DNA of 64,000 nt, taken from positions 1,471 through 65,470 of the forward strand of contig JADJBB010000005.1 in assembly GCA_016703965.1 (NCBI GenBank). Reading direction: 5' to 3'. The notes under the pieces were generated by a model. The model was given only the letters and a program-made list of their open reading frames with translations, ran no database searches and was not told the DNA's origin. The position numbers and the translations under genes were made by a program. The stretch is from Acidobacteriota bacterium. Lineage in GTDB: Bacteria > Acidobacteriota > Blastocatellia > Pyrinomonadales > Pyrinomonadaceae. Positions 42,912 through 52,959 of the stretch are shown here, piece after piece. Every line of letters starts with the position of its first letter. Positions within the stretch are counted from its first letter, which is position 1.

Positions 42912-43118
42912 TCATGTTTGACGTTTTGTCAAAAGTCCTAAAAAAGTTCGAAGTCCTTCTGGCAAGAAGGCAAAAGTTGGTCTCATTCGTCGCAAGCACG
43001 GACGGTCGAAGGAAAGCTCCTTGATATCCGGCATGTCCGCAAGAGACATTCCCACTAACTGCTCCTCCGCGGAGCAGTCCATCTTCGCGATCTTGAATGT
43101 GGTTTTATTCATTTGCAA
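42912..43118 (-). CDS. small HMA-like metal-binding domain protein (C-terminus uncertain)
   Basis: MNKTTFKIAKMDCSAEEQLVGMSLADMPDIKELSFD is the MDCxxEE variant of the heavy-metal-associated fold. The sequence after residue ~40 looks out of frame. Confidence 0.4.
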   Translation of the reverse strand: MQMNKTTFKIAKMDCSAEEQLVGMSLADMPDIKELSFDRPCLRRMRPTFAFLPEGLRTFLGLLTKRQT

Positions 43119-43124
43119 AAGCGG

Positions 43125-43730
43125 TCACTCACCTTTTGTTCCGACTCCAAGCACCAGGTCAGAAAAAAGCCAGTAAGTATGATTGTCGCCGACATTGACG
43201 CCGTTTGTTTCAAGCTCCCTAATAAACTCGGGGCCGGAAAAACGATCTTCCGTCGGATGTTTTAGAAAGGTCCGGTATGACCAACTGTCCAGAGCCTTCC
43301 GGGTGACTTCCTCGAAATAGAACTTTCCGCCCGGTTTTAGCACGCGGGCGACTTCGCTAACCGCATTCTGCCACAGCGGAGCGTGATGAATAATCCCAAA
43401 ATCGAAAACGGCATCGTAGGAGTTGTCCGGCGCATCAATCCCTTCCGCATCGCCGACGTAAAGCTGCAGCTTTTCGGCAGGAAATTTCGCCAACCGATTT
43501 CTCGCTAGCCCGATCATCTTTGGGTCGAGATCAAAAGCGTGAACTTCTCCCGCGCCGAATCGCTCAAGAATGATCTGCGACCCGACACCCCGTCCGCATC
43601 CGATCTCTAGTACTATCTGACCAGTCGTTTTACCACCAAATTTCTCGAACATTCGGGCCTCGTGATGCCGCTGGATAAAAGCGCGCACCGGATTGTTCAT
43701 CAAGAATTTTTCGATCGAATTCAGTTTCAT
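43125..43730 (-). CDS. class I SAM-dependent methyltransferase
   Basis: 201 aa. Motif I VLEIGCGRGVG and motif post-I VHAFDLDP. Confidence 0.75.
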   Translation of the reverse strand: MKLNSIEKFLMNNPVRAFIQRHHEARMFEKFGGKTTGQIVLEIGCGRGVGSQIILERFGAGEVHAFDLDPKMIGLARNRLAKFPAEKLQLYVGDAEGIDAPDNSYDAVFDFGIIHHAPLWQNAVSEVARVLKPGGKFYFEEVTRKALDSWSYRTFLKHPTEDRFSGPEFIRELETNGVNVGDNHTYWLFSDLVLGVGTKGE

Positions 43731-43751
43731 CTTCGATTAATACCAACAAAA

Positions 43752-44702
43752 CTACCGACTGGGCTGCTTTGTTTCGCGGACAGCCATATATCCTTTTCGG
43801 GTTCTTATCACAACCCTGCCGCCGCCTGGACCTTTGGGCAATTTAACCTCCATTTTGTGCCATTTATTGTCGGCAATATCAGGCGGTGTAAAACCTATCG
43901 AGTATTGATGCCGAAGCTCAAGGGCGAGTTTCTCAAAGGCCTCATCCATTTCGATTTCATTCTTTGGAAAAAAAGCACGTCCGCCGGTGAGGCTGGCGAG
44001 CGATTCGAGATTGGCCTGACCGAGATATCCGAGCTTTCCGGTTGGAATTGTCTCGATGCCAACGGCATAGATCAGAATGTCGGTCTCCTTCAGCAGGGAC
44101 TTAACGTCACGGAAGCTGTCTCGTGACCTGTTGTCCTGCCCATCGCTGATGATGATGACAGCCTTCTTACGATAGGCGGTTCGCGCGAGAGTCTGAATCC
44201 CGAGAGACAACGCATCATAGAGTGCTGTATTCCCGGACGGCTTTAGCATGACAAGTTTATCCACCACGGCCTGCCCATCGCGAAGGCCTTTGTCCAACAC
44301 CTCAACGCGATCATTGAAAGCGATTGAGAAGTATTCATCCGAGGGATGGCTCGTCATCAGGAATCGGTCAAGAGCGGTGCGCGACTTACGGAGCTTTTCG
44401 ACCGACATCGACCCTGAGACATCAAACAGAAAGAGAACAGAGGCTGGCTCATCCGTGTCTGAAAAGAACTCGATCTCGACGGGGCGGTTATTGTCGAAAA
44501 TCAAAAAGTCAGATTTCTTCTTTCCCGCAACGTATCTGCCGACTTCGTCCTGAACTGTTATCGTGAGCACGACAAGGTCGGTTTGGACGCTGATCCTCTC
44601 GTCAACACTCGGTGTAGGCGTGGGCAGCGGCCGCAAGCTATCTTGGGCTAGACTTCCAACACTGCTCGCCAGCAAACACAGAATGGCGTAGGTACGTCTC
44701 AT
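43752..44702 (-). CDS. VWA domain protein with the VWFA-related acidobacterial N-terminal domain
   Basis: Signal peptide MRRTYAILCLLASSVGSLAQD. Then ISVQTDLVVLTITVQDEVGRYVAGKKKSDFLIFDNNRPVEIEFF, and the MIDAS motif LFLFDVSGSM. Confidence 0.75.
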   Translation of the reverse strand: MRRTYAILCLLASSVGSLAQDSLRPLPTPTPSVDERISVQTDLVVLTITVQDEVGRYVAGKKKSDFLIFDNNRPVEIEFFSDTDEPASVLFLFDVSGSMSVEKLRKSRTALDRFLMTSHPSDEYFSIAFNDRVEVLDKGLRDGQAVVDKLVMLKPSGNTALYDALSLGIQTLARTAYRKKAVIIISDGQDNRSRDSFRDVKSLLKETDILIYAVGIETIPTGKLGYLGQANLESLASLTGGRAFFPKNEIEMDEAFEKLALELRHQYSIGFTPPDIADNKWHKMEVKLPKGPGGGRVVIRTRKGYMAVRETKQPSR

Positions 44703-44716
44703 AAGTTCCGATAATG

Positions 44717-44937
44717 TTAGCGGCCTTGCCTGCGGTAAAGACTCCAACCGTAATTAGCTAATGCGATCGTAAGTAGTATGTTCACTGTCAGCGGTATATG
44801 TGCCATGTCGGGGCCAAGGCAATTCCCAGGATAGTGATCGTAGTACCGGATACCAGAATCAAAATATGTGCGAGCGCGTGTGCTGCCTCGAACCCGCAAA
44901 AGAACTTAGCGATCTCTTTCTTTCGATTCACGTCCAT
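44717..44937 (-). CDS. small two-TM protein, paralog 3 (one frame break)
   Basis: Own translation from the ATG at 44937: MDVNRKKEIAKFFCGFEAAHALAHILILVSGTTITILGIALAPTWHI. It continues in the frame of ORF 44717..44899 as IPLTVNILLTIALANYGWSLYRRQGR. Confidence 0.5.
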
Positions 44938-44986
44938 ATAACCTCCCACTTGGCAAAAATCATCATGACAAAATCGACTCTAACGA

Positions 44987-46762
44987 CTACGGAATCAAGG
45001 CCGATCCTACTCGCTCGGTCAACGATCTAAATTCAGCCGCAGGGACAGGACGATTAAGGTCAGGCGGTTCGAGTGACTTCAATATGTCGTTTTGAAGTTT
45101 GTCCAAAGCGGCTTGACCGTCTGCGTTTACATGGATGGCTGCATTTCCGGTCATGAACGTCTCTCGCATTGCCTGCAAAAAGCCCCGCGCGTCCTGAAAC
45201 TCGATGAGGTTGTCCTTACCTGGCGTACCTGCCTCGACAATCTCGATCTTGTCGCCCTCGGTAGCCGTCGCATATTCACTTGCGGCGGTTTCCAATACAA
45301 AACGAGCGGCCCTGATACGGAAATCCGGTTTGTCGTAAGCAGTTCCGGCAATCGCCTTGCAAGCTTGTTCGGTCGTAGTTATCACGGCCTGATACTTGCT
45401 ATCGATGTCCGCCTGTGGAACGTCGCTTTTGCCCGCGACAGCAACATATTCCGTCAATGCATTATTTACCGAATCAAAAACGCCGTGGTCGCGCAAAAGC
45501 TTTTGCAGCACGAGAGCGTCCGGCTCATTGCCCATTAATAGTTCGTGTTGAGGATGGCCCGCGTGCTTACTTGTTCGTTTTAGATCAAGCGCCGGATTAG
45601 GTCCCTCATTCTTCGTGCCGCGGTCGTGCAAGGCTTTAGAGGTTCGAACGTGGCCTTCCAAGATCATCAACGCGCCAACCGCATTGACCTCGTCGGTCAA
45701 CGGTTCAATTGCTCCGCCGGGCTGAACGACAATTGTTCCCGTGCCACTCTGTCCTCGCTCATCGACTAATGCATATTTGCCTTCATTACCAGATGCGGTG
45801 ACTGTAATACTGCCCGACGCAGGAGCAACGACCTCACCGACAAACAAACCGTTGCCTTCAAAGACCAAAGGAACGTTTCCATCGTTTTGAATTGTGAACG
45901 CCTGTCCACGAGCCAACGTTATCGACGGTGGATCGACTTGTTTATTGGCGAAGCGAAGTGTGGCTGTTGATTTTGTGTTTGAGGAATTTGCGGCTGCTTT
46001 GGACTGTGCAACACCAACGACAAGCTCCGTTCCGAATCCAAGAAAAAAACCGAAGGCCAAAGCCGCTGTAGCGCCAACGGCGCCGAGTTGTGGAAATCGA
46101 AGCCGGAACAATTCACGAGTGACATAAACGAGTGAACCAACCGCAACGGAAAGAAATAAGAGTTCCAACGAAGGATTCACCCAAATGCCGCCCACGAACG
46201 ATCCAATTGCTGTCGGAACGCCTCCTATCAATCCGAGCACCAATAAGCGTGTCCAGGAAATGTCGCGTCCAACAAGCGGGCCCGCGATGCCAAAGCCTTC
46301 GGTAGCGTTATGCAAAGCAAAACCGACGACAAGCAACGTTCCTAAAGCCGCATTGCCACCCGAAAACGATTGTCCGATTGCCAGACCTTCGGCAAAGTTG
46401 TGCAGACCGATACCGATTGCGATCATTGTTGCAACTTCGAGAGCATCGACGCCTGTAGATTCGACTCGTTTCTTGCGGCGTTCCTCAAGCCATGCCAAGC
46501 CGACCAAACCGAGGGCAAATCCGCCAACAAGGATTATTCCCTGCACGATGGCGGTGTTTACTAAGCCGCCTTTCGCAGACGTTTCGACCGTTTCCATCGC
46601 GTGATAGCCGACCTCAACAACAAGAAACAAAAGGACGCCAGCCGACGCAAGTGCGAGAATTCCGCGCAAGCGTTCTGAAGCGCCGCGCCAACGAGCAATC
46701 GGAAGACCTAGAAAAATTGTTATTCCGGCAATGGCGCCGAGTAATATGTTTGTTGAAATCAT
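44987..46762 (-). CDS. ZIP-family metal transporter fused to a ~330-aa C-terminal soluble extension
   Basis: 591 aa. The N-terminal ~260 aa have ZIP/ZupT signatures (GLHNFAEGLAIGQSF, ALHNATEGFGIAGPL). A beta-rich segment follows (ITLARGQAFTIQNDGNVPLVFEGNG...ITVTASGNEGKYALVDERG), then a helical domain of unknown family. Confidence 0.7.
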   Translation of the reverse strand: MISTNILLGAIAGITIFLGLPIARWRGASERLRGILALASAGVLLFLVVEVGYHAMETVETSAKGGLVNTAIVQGIILVGGFALGLVGLAWLEERRKKRVESTGVDALEVATMIAIGIGLHNFAEGLAIGQSFSGGNAALGTLLVVGFALHNATEGFGIAGPLVGRDISWTRLLVLGLIGGVPTAIGSFVGGIWVNPSLELLFLSVAVGSLVYVTRELFRLRFPQLGAVGATAALAFGFFLGFGTELVVGVAQSKAAANSSNTKSTATLRFANKQVDPPSITLARGQAFTIQNDGNVPLVFEGNGLFVGEVVAPASGSITVTASGNEGKYALVDERGQSGTGTIVVQPGGAIEPLTDEVNAVGALMILEGHVRTSKALHDRGTKNEGPNPALDLKRTSKHAGHPQHELLMGNEPDALVLQKLLRDHGVFDSVNNALTEYVAVAGKSDVPQADIDSKYQAVITTTEQACKAIAGTAYDKPDFRIRAARFVLETAASEYATATEGDKIEIVEAGTPGKDNLIEFQDARGFLQAMRETFMTGNAAIHVNADGQAALDKLQNDILKSLEPPDLNRPVPAAEFRSLTERVGSALIP

Positions 46763-46798
46763 TAAAATAAACCTCTCATAAAATTGCTTTTAATATTC

Positions 46799-47182
46799 TT
46801 AATCCAGTAGTTCTTCAACATGGCGAAAGCCTTCATCGAGTAAATGTTCGATATGTTCGTCGTCTAGTGTGTAGTAAGCTATTTTTCCCTCTTTTCGAAA
46901 CTTTACAAGCTGCATCTCACGAAGGACCCGCAAGCTATGCGAAACGACCGATTGCGAAACACCAAGTAGATTTGCAAGGTCACAGACGCAGAGTTCTTCC
47001 CGCGAAAGAGCGAAAGCGATGCGAATGCGTGTTGGATCTCCAAGCGCTTTGAACGTGTCTGCAAGTAAACGAAACGCAGCGTCCGTTTTCATCGCCTGAA
47101 TGACGTTAGAAACCTTTTCGCTGTCAACGAATTGAATCTCGCACGCGTAAGCACGTTTTTTGTCCGAAGCTGCTGAAGTCAT
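46799..47182 (-). CDS. ArsR/SmtB family metalloregulator
   Basis: LGDPTRIRIAFALSREELCVCDLANLLGVSQSVVSHSLRVLREMQLV: wHTH with an ELCVCDL metal-site motif. I prefer the ATG at 47182 because the operator lies just upstream. Confidence 0.85.
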   Translation of the reverse strand: MTSAASDKKRAYACEIQFVDSEKVSNVIQAMKTDAAFRLLADTFKALGDPTRIRIAFALSREELCVCDLANLLGVSQSVVSHSLRVLREMQLVKFRKEGKIAYYTLDDEHIEHLLDEGFRHVEELLD

Positions 47183-47190
47183 TGTCTGTA

Positions 47191-47218
47191 TGTTATATGA
47201 ACGGACGTTCATATAACA
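47191..47218. promoter_or_regulatory. 13-2-13 perfect palindrome, ArsR/SmtB-type operator
   Basis: TGTTATATGAACG-ga-CGTTCATATAACA at 47191-47218, located 9 nt upstream of the arsR-family start codon. Confidence 0.65.
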
Positions 47219-47407
47219 ATGACATCAATAAGAAAGATGAAAAAAAATGCTTTGTGCTTGCAACAAAAAGGGCATCGTCAATAACGATCCCCAACAGGCT
47301 TACGCGGAACGTCTCACCCAAAATTCACTCAACGCAAAACTAGATGATGATCAGACAGGCGAGCAAACGGCGACGACTTACATAACGCGATATTGGAATG
47401 TCTTTTT

Positions 47408-47764
47408 TCATTGGATAAAGATCAAAAGAACCCCACACGGGTCCCAAACGTGGCAGATCTTTGTATCACCGATCATTTCGGGTTCTGCGATGCGGGCATC
47501 GCTGTATTTGTTTTCGTCGAGAACTTTCTTAATGTGTTCGAACCACTCCTGAACGTCTTCGACATCGAACTTCATCATAAAGTTCTCCGCCCAATCCTTG
47601 ACGTAATAATTCTGCAACCGAAACACCGCACCGCCGAGACGACAATCCATTGTCCCGCCCCAACCCTCAGTTAACTCAAATCCAAGTGCAGCGTAGAAAC
47701 TCTTTGAGATCGCGAAATCCTCGGCGGGCACGTAGATAACAAGTTCTTTTATAGTTGGCTTCAT
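47408..47764 (-). CDS. VOC (glyoxalase/bleomycin-resistance) family protein
   Basis: 118 aa (MKPTIKELVIYVPAEDFAISKSFYAALGFELTEG...CHVWDPCGVLLIFIQ). Confidence 0.6.
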   Translation of the reverse strand: MKPTIKELVIYVPAEDFAISKSFYAALGFELTEGWGGTMDCRLGGAVFRLQNYYVKDWAENFMMKFDVEDVQEWFEHIKKVLDENKYSDARIAEPEMIGDTKICHVWDPCGVLLIFIQ

Positions 47765-47769
47765 ATTAG

Positions 47770-47794
47770 ATAAAAGAGGCCCCGAAGCCTCTTT
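47770..47794 (-). terminator. intrinsic terminator after the Cys-rich ORF
   Basis: AAGAGGC-cccgaa-GCCTCTT hairpin at 47774-47793, followed on the minus strand by TTTTA. Confidence 0.5.
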
Positions 47795-47814
47795 ATTAGT
47801 CGTAAAATTAACGG

Positions 47815-48171
47815 TTATACAGCGGGTGTGTCTTTCTTTTCCTTGTCCTTTTTACAGCAGCCGCAGCAGCAGTCTTCGTCGGAAACGACCATTACGACGT
47901 TTTTCATTTCAGGATTGGTTTGAACCGGCTTCTTGTCGACCGTTTTCTTCTTCATCGGGCACGAATCGCCTTTGCAGCAATCGCAGTTGTCACAGCACGA
48001 AGCTGTTTCTTTTCCCGAAGCGTTTTTCTTCTTTATCGGGCAGGAGTCCCCGCTGCAGCAGCACGATATTGCCGTTTTCGACGAAGTATTTGTCGAAGTG
48101 AAAGCAAATGCAACGATCCCGAGTCACATGACCATGACCGCTACAATTGTTAATATGACTTTCTTTTTCAT
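47815..48171 (-). CDS. Cys-rich (15 Cys) metallothionein-like small protein with signal-peptide-like N-terminus; in-frame TGA at codon 16
   Basis: Absent from the ORF track. Own translation: MKKKVILTIVAVMVM*LGIVAFAFTSTNTSSKTAISCCCSGDSCPIKKKNASGKETASCCDNCDCCKGDSCPMKKKTVDKKPVQTNPEMKNVVMVVSDEDCCCGCCKKDKEKKDTPAV. RBS AGAGGAG lies 5 nt upstream of the ATG at 48171. TGA at 48124-48126. Confidence 0.55.
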
Positions 48172-48253
48172 GATTACTCCTCTTTTATTTAGAAATTATT
48201 AATGCAGCCGAAACGCATAGAGCGTCGGCATTAGTGAACGCGCAAAAATACTT

Positions 48254-48676
48254 CTAAATACGAAAGACACAGTTCCTGATAAAAGTGCCGTGTCTGTCGG
48301 GCGTCCGCTTGTGAAACGCGGGGAATGAAGTTGTGATCTTAGTGACTGTGGGAAGTGTGAACTTTATGGCGACAACTGTCAGTGCCGGGGCAATCTGCTT
48401 TTCGGTTTGGTTGATCTTTCGCGATTTGTCGAAGACTATCGGCAAGAAACCGCAGCAGTCCATGCTGCTCTCGTCGGTGAGACCAATAACCGGACTGTTC
48501 GCTTGCTTTGCCTTATCGGAATGCTCGGACATCTTAGCCAACGGGCAAGATTCCATGTCCATCGACTGGCCGTTAAGCGTTTCGCAGCAAAACAAAAAGA
48601 CGAATCCACTCAACCACAACGCCATGAATCCGGCGAAGGTCTTGTGCGCGATCTTCTTTACTGTTTTAGCTTTCAT
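48254..48676 (-). CDS. membrane-anchored Cys-motif protein, unknown function
   Basis: 140 aa. N-terminal TM helix (FAGFMALWLSGFVFLFCC). Motifs MESCPLAKMSEH and MDCCGFLP. It sits in the metal-resistance context. Confidence 0.45.
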   Translation of the reverse strand: MKAKTVKKIAHKTFAGFMALWLSGFVFLFCCETLNGQSMDMESCPLAKMSEHSDKAKQANSPVIGLTDESSMDCCGFLPIVFDKSRKINQTEKQIAPALTVVAIKFTLPTVTKITTSFPAFHKRTPDRHGTFIRNCVFRI

Positions 48677-48727
48677 ACAACCTGCCCTGATAATATCAGG
48701 GACTGCAAACTTTCAGCATTTGATCTG

Positions 48728-49088
48728 CTACCGTGCTGTGTCTAGAATCTTCTTCAAATCGTCAGGAACCGGCATTGATTTGAAAAACCACACGTTAGCT
48801 CCGCCCGTGTTGCCGGTTGGATAGATGCCGAAAGGCGTTTTGGTCGAGGCTCCGATAAGCCGAACGATCTGTCCCCCAAATCTCGCGAGGCGAACGCTGC
48901 CTGACCGCGAGCTTAAACATTCGCCAATGGATGCAAGTGTGCTGATAGGTCGATGCCTGACCTAGAACGTGAGCGCGTTCGAGGTGATGAAAGGCTAAAT
49001 TCAAGTCGCCGCTTTCAACAAGCGATTCAGCCAATGTTAACTCTTGAGAAATTGCGGTTGCCAACACTTTGCTGTTCTCGGTTTTCAT
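48728..49088 (-). CDS. DUF3703 domain protein (one frame break)
   Basis: AFHHLERAHVLGQASTYQHTCIHWRMFKLAV... Removing one base from the C5 run at 48873-48877 restores EIWGQIVRLIGASTKTPFGIYPTGNTGGANV, the conserved DUF3703 tail. Confidence 0.6.
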
Positions 49089-49236
49089 TTTGAGCCTCCT
49101 TCGAACGCCTCTCTGATAGCTTACCGAGAAGAAAACCTATTCCTACTAACAGGGCGATAATCAGTAAGCTTACACCTACGAAAATTATAAGCTGATGCTG
49201 CGTAAAAACATGAAAAAAGTCTGTTTCTTGTTCCAT
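49027..49236 (-). CDS. possible small single-TM protein
   Basis: MEQETDFFHVFTQHQLIIFVGVSLLIIALLVGIGFLLGKLSERR... The 3' end overlaps the DUF3703 start by about 60 nt, so the extent is uncertain. Confidence 0.3.
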   Translation of the reverse strand: MEQETDFFHVFTQHQLIIFVGVSLLIIALLVGIGFLLGKLSERRSKEAQNENREQQSVGNRNFSRVNIG

Positions 49237-49243
49237 TGCGTTC

Positions 49244-50148
49244 TTAAATATGTGTCTCGTGACACGCAAAGCCCTCGCGTTCGGTTTGGGCGGTTACGTG
49301 TGCGATCTTAAATTCGCTCGTGCATGAATTGTGGACACGTTGCAGAACGTCGTCGTGCTCTGCTCCGTCGGCAAGCACGGCGTGGACGCTCAAGGCATTT
49401 ACGCCAGACGTAAGCGACCATACGTGTAGATCGTGAATCTCCGCGACGCCTTCGATCTTAGAAAGTTTGTCTCGCACATTAGCTATGTTTACGTCAGACG
49501 GCGTACCTTCTAGCAAGACAGCAACGGCATCTTTTAGCAACGCCCACGTTCGCGGCAAGATAAACAGGCCGATTCCCGCCGAAATTAACGGATCGGCGTA
49601 ATACCAGCCGGTCGTGAGCATGATTATTCCAGCGATTATCACACCGACAGACGTGAGCGTGTCCGAAAGAACCTCATAATATGCGCCTTTCATGTTCAGG
49701 CTTTCTTTGGAACCGGAACGCAGAACAACCATCCCGACAATATTGACCACCAACCCAATCGATGCGACGCCGATCATCACCGCACTCTGCACTTCGGGCG
49801 GGTTCAGAAACCGCTGATAGGCTTCGTAGAGAATATAAATTGAGATAAGGATCAGTACGATGGCGTTAGTGAGGGCCGCGAGTATCTCTACGCGATAAAA
49901 GCCGTAGGTGCGTTCCGGCGATGCTGGCTTTTCTGCGAACCATATTGCTAACAATGCTAGCCCGACGCCCGCAACATCCGTCAACATATGCCCTGCGTCC
50001 GCAAGAAGAGCGAGACTGCCCGTCCAAAACCCGCCGATCACCTCTACTATCAAGTAGAAAAACGTCAGGCAAAAAACGATCATCAAGGGCTTTTTATTTC
50101 TGCCCGCCGCCGAAATCTCGTGTCCGTGTCCCTTTCCCATTTCTTTCC

Positions 50149-50152
<4 letters not shown>
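49244..50152 (-). CDS. czcD: cation diffusion facilitator transporter (CzcD/ZitB-like)
   Basis: 302 aa. His-rich N-terminus (GKGHGHE), TM2 motif GSLALLADAGHMLTDV and a C-terminal cytoplasmic domain. Confidence 0.85.
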
Positions 50153-52131
<1,979 letters not shown>

Positions 52132-52659
52132 TCAATTCGGTCTAGGGACAAATTCGCCACATTCATGAGCGTCTAAATAGTTAAATACCTCGCTGATCCA
52201 AGATTTACCGTTGTACGGGCGCTTGCCCGTGTTTGCCATCGCGATAGCGCTTCTTGTCACAAAAGCCTCGGTCATGATCCTTGGTTGTGACGGCGGACTT
52301 TCTACCGTCCCGCCCGCTCGATGATCTTGTTCGAGTTCGCCGCGATCAGCGATACGCCGCGACATTTGGAAAAGTAATCGATCTCCGCACGTGCAAACTA
52401 CATAAATGGCATGTAAGGCAAGGCCTTGTCCCATAACAGCTGCCTATTTCAAAACCTAAATCTCCGACTATTACGTCTTTTTTCTGCCTTCATTCGCCCT
52501 AGTCGTTTATACCGGCTCTCTCTTTTTTCGCTAGGATGCGTTTTGATCCCATGCTTATTCAAATAGAGCATTAGCCAAACTAGACCAAGAATCAGGCCTG
52601 TTCCGATCACCGCTCCGACAAGCATTTGAAAAGGCCGTTCAGAAAACATCTTGGTTCGC

Positions 52660-52957
52660 TCAAATCAACGTGGCCGCTTCAATTGGAACGACCGTTATTA
52701 TTCCATCGCCCTTCTTTCCTGTGTGCGTTGTGCTTAATTGCCGCAACGATCTCGTCGGCCATTTCGTCACTTACCGCGATCTCAATCCGTTTGTTCGCCT
52801 TGAACGGATCGAGTGAGTCGTATGTTCCGGTACCCATTCGCTGGCCAAATCCTTCGGAATCTATCAAGGTCATTCCCGGAAAGCCTTCGATGTTTTCAAA
52901 GGCCGTTACGATCTTCTCTACCGTGAATGGCCGCACTATTGCGATTATCAGTTTCAT
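52660..52957 (-). CDS. P-II (GlnB)-like small protein associated with the czc efflux genes (one frame break)
   Basis: MKLIIAIVRPFTVEKIVTAFENIEGFPGMTLIDSEGFGQ... A frame shift near the (CA)n at 52719-52727 restores ..HTGKKGDGIITVVPIEAATLI, with the stop at 52660-52662. Confidence 0.6.
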
Positions 52958-52959
52958 TG

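Noticed and set aside
47826-48202. Three overlapping plus-strand ORFs (47826..48101, 47920..48153, 47933..48202)
   Set aside because: They are low-complexity, Ser/Arg/Phe-rich translations antisense to the Cys-rich minus-strand gene. That gene has an RBS, a signal peptide and a terminator.
52132-52649. ORFs 52132..52434 (100 aa) and 52449..52649 (66 aa) between ATPase-2 and the P-II-like gene
   Set aside because: They have no recognisable motifs and weak or absent RBS. Protein-like stretches appear in more than one frame, which suggests a broken gene I cannot reconstruct, so I left them uncalled.
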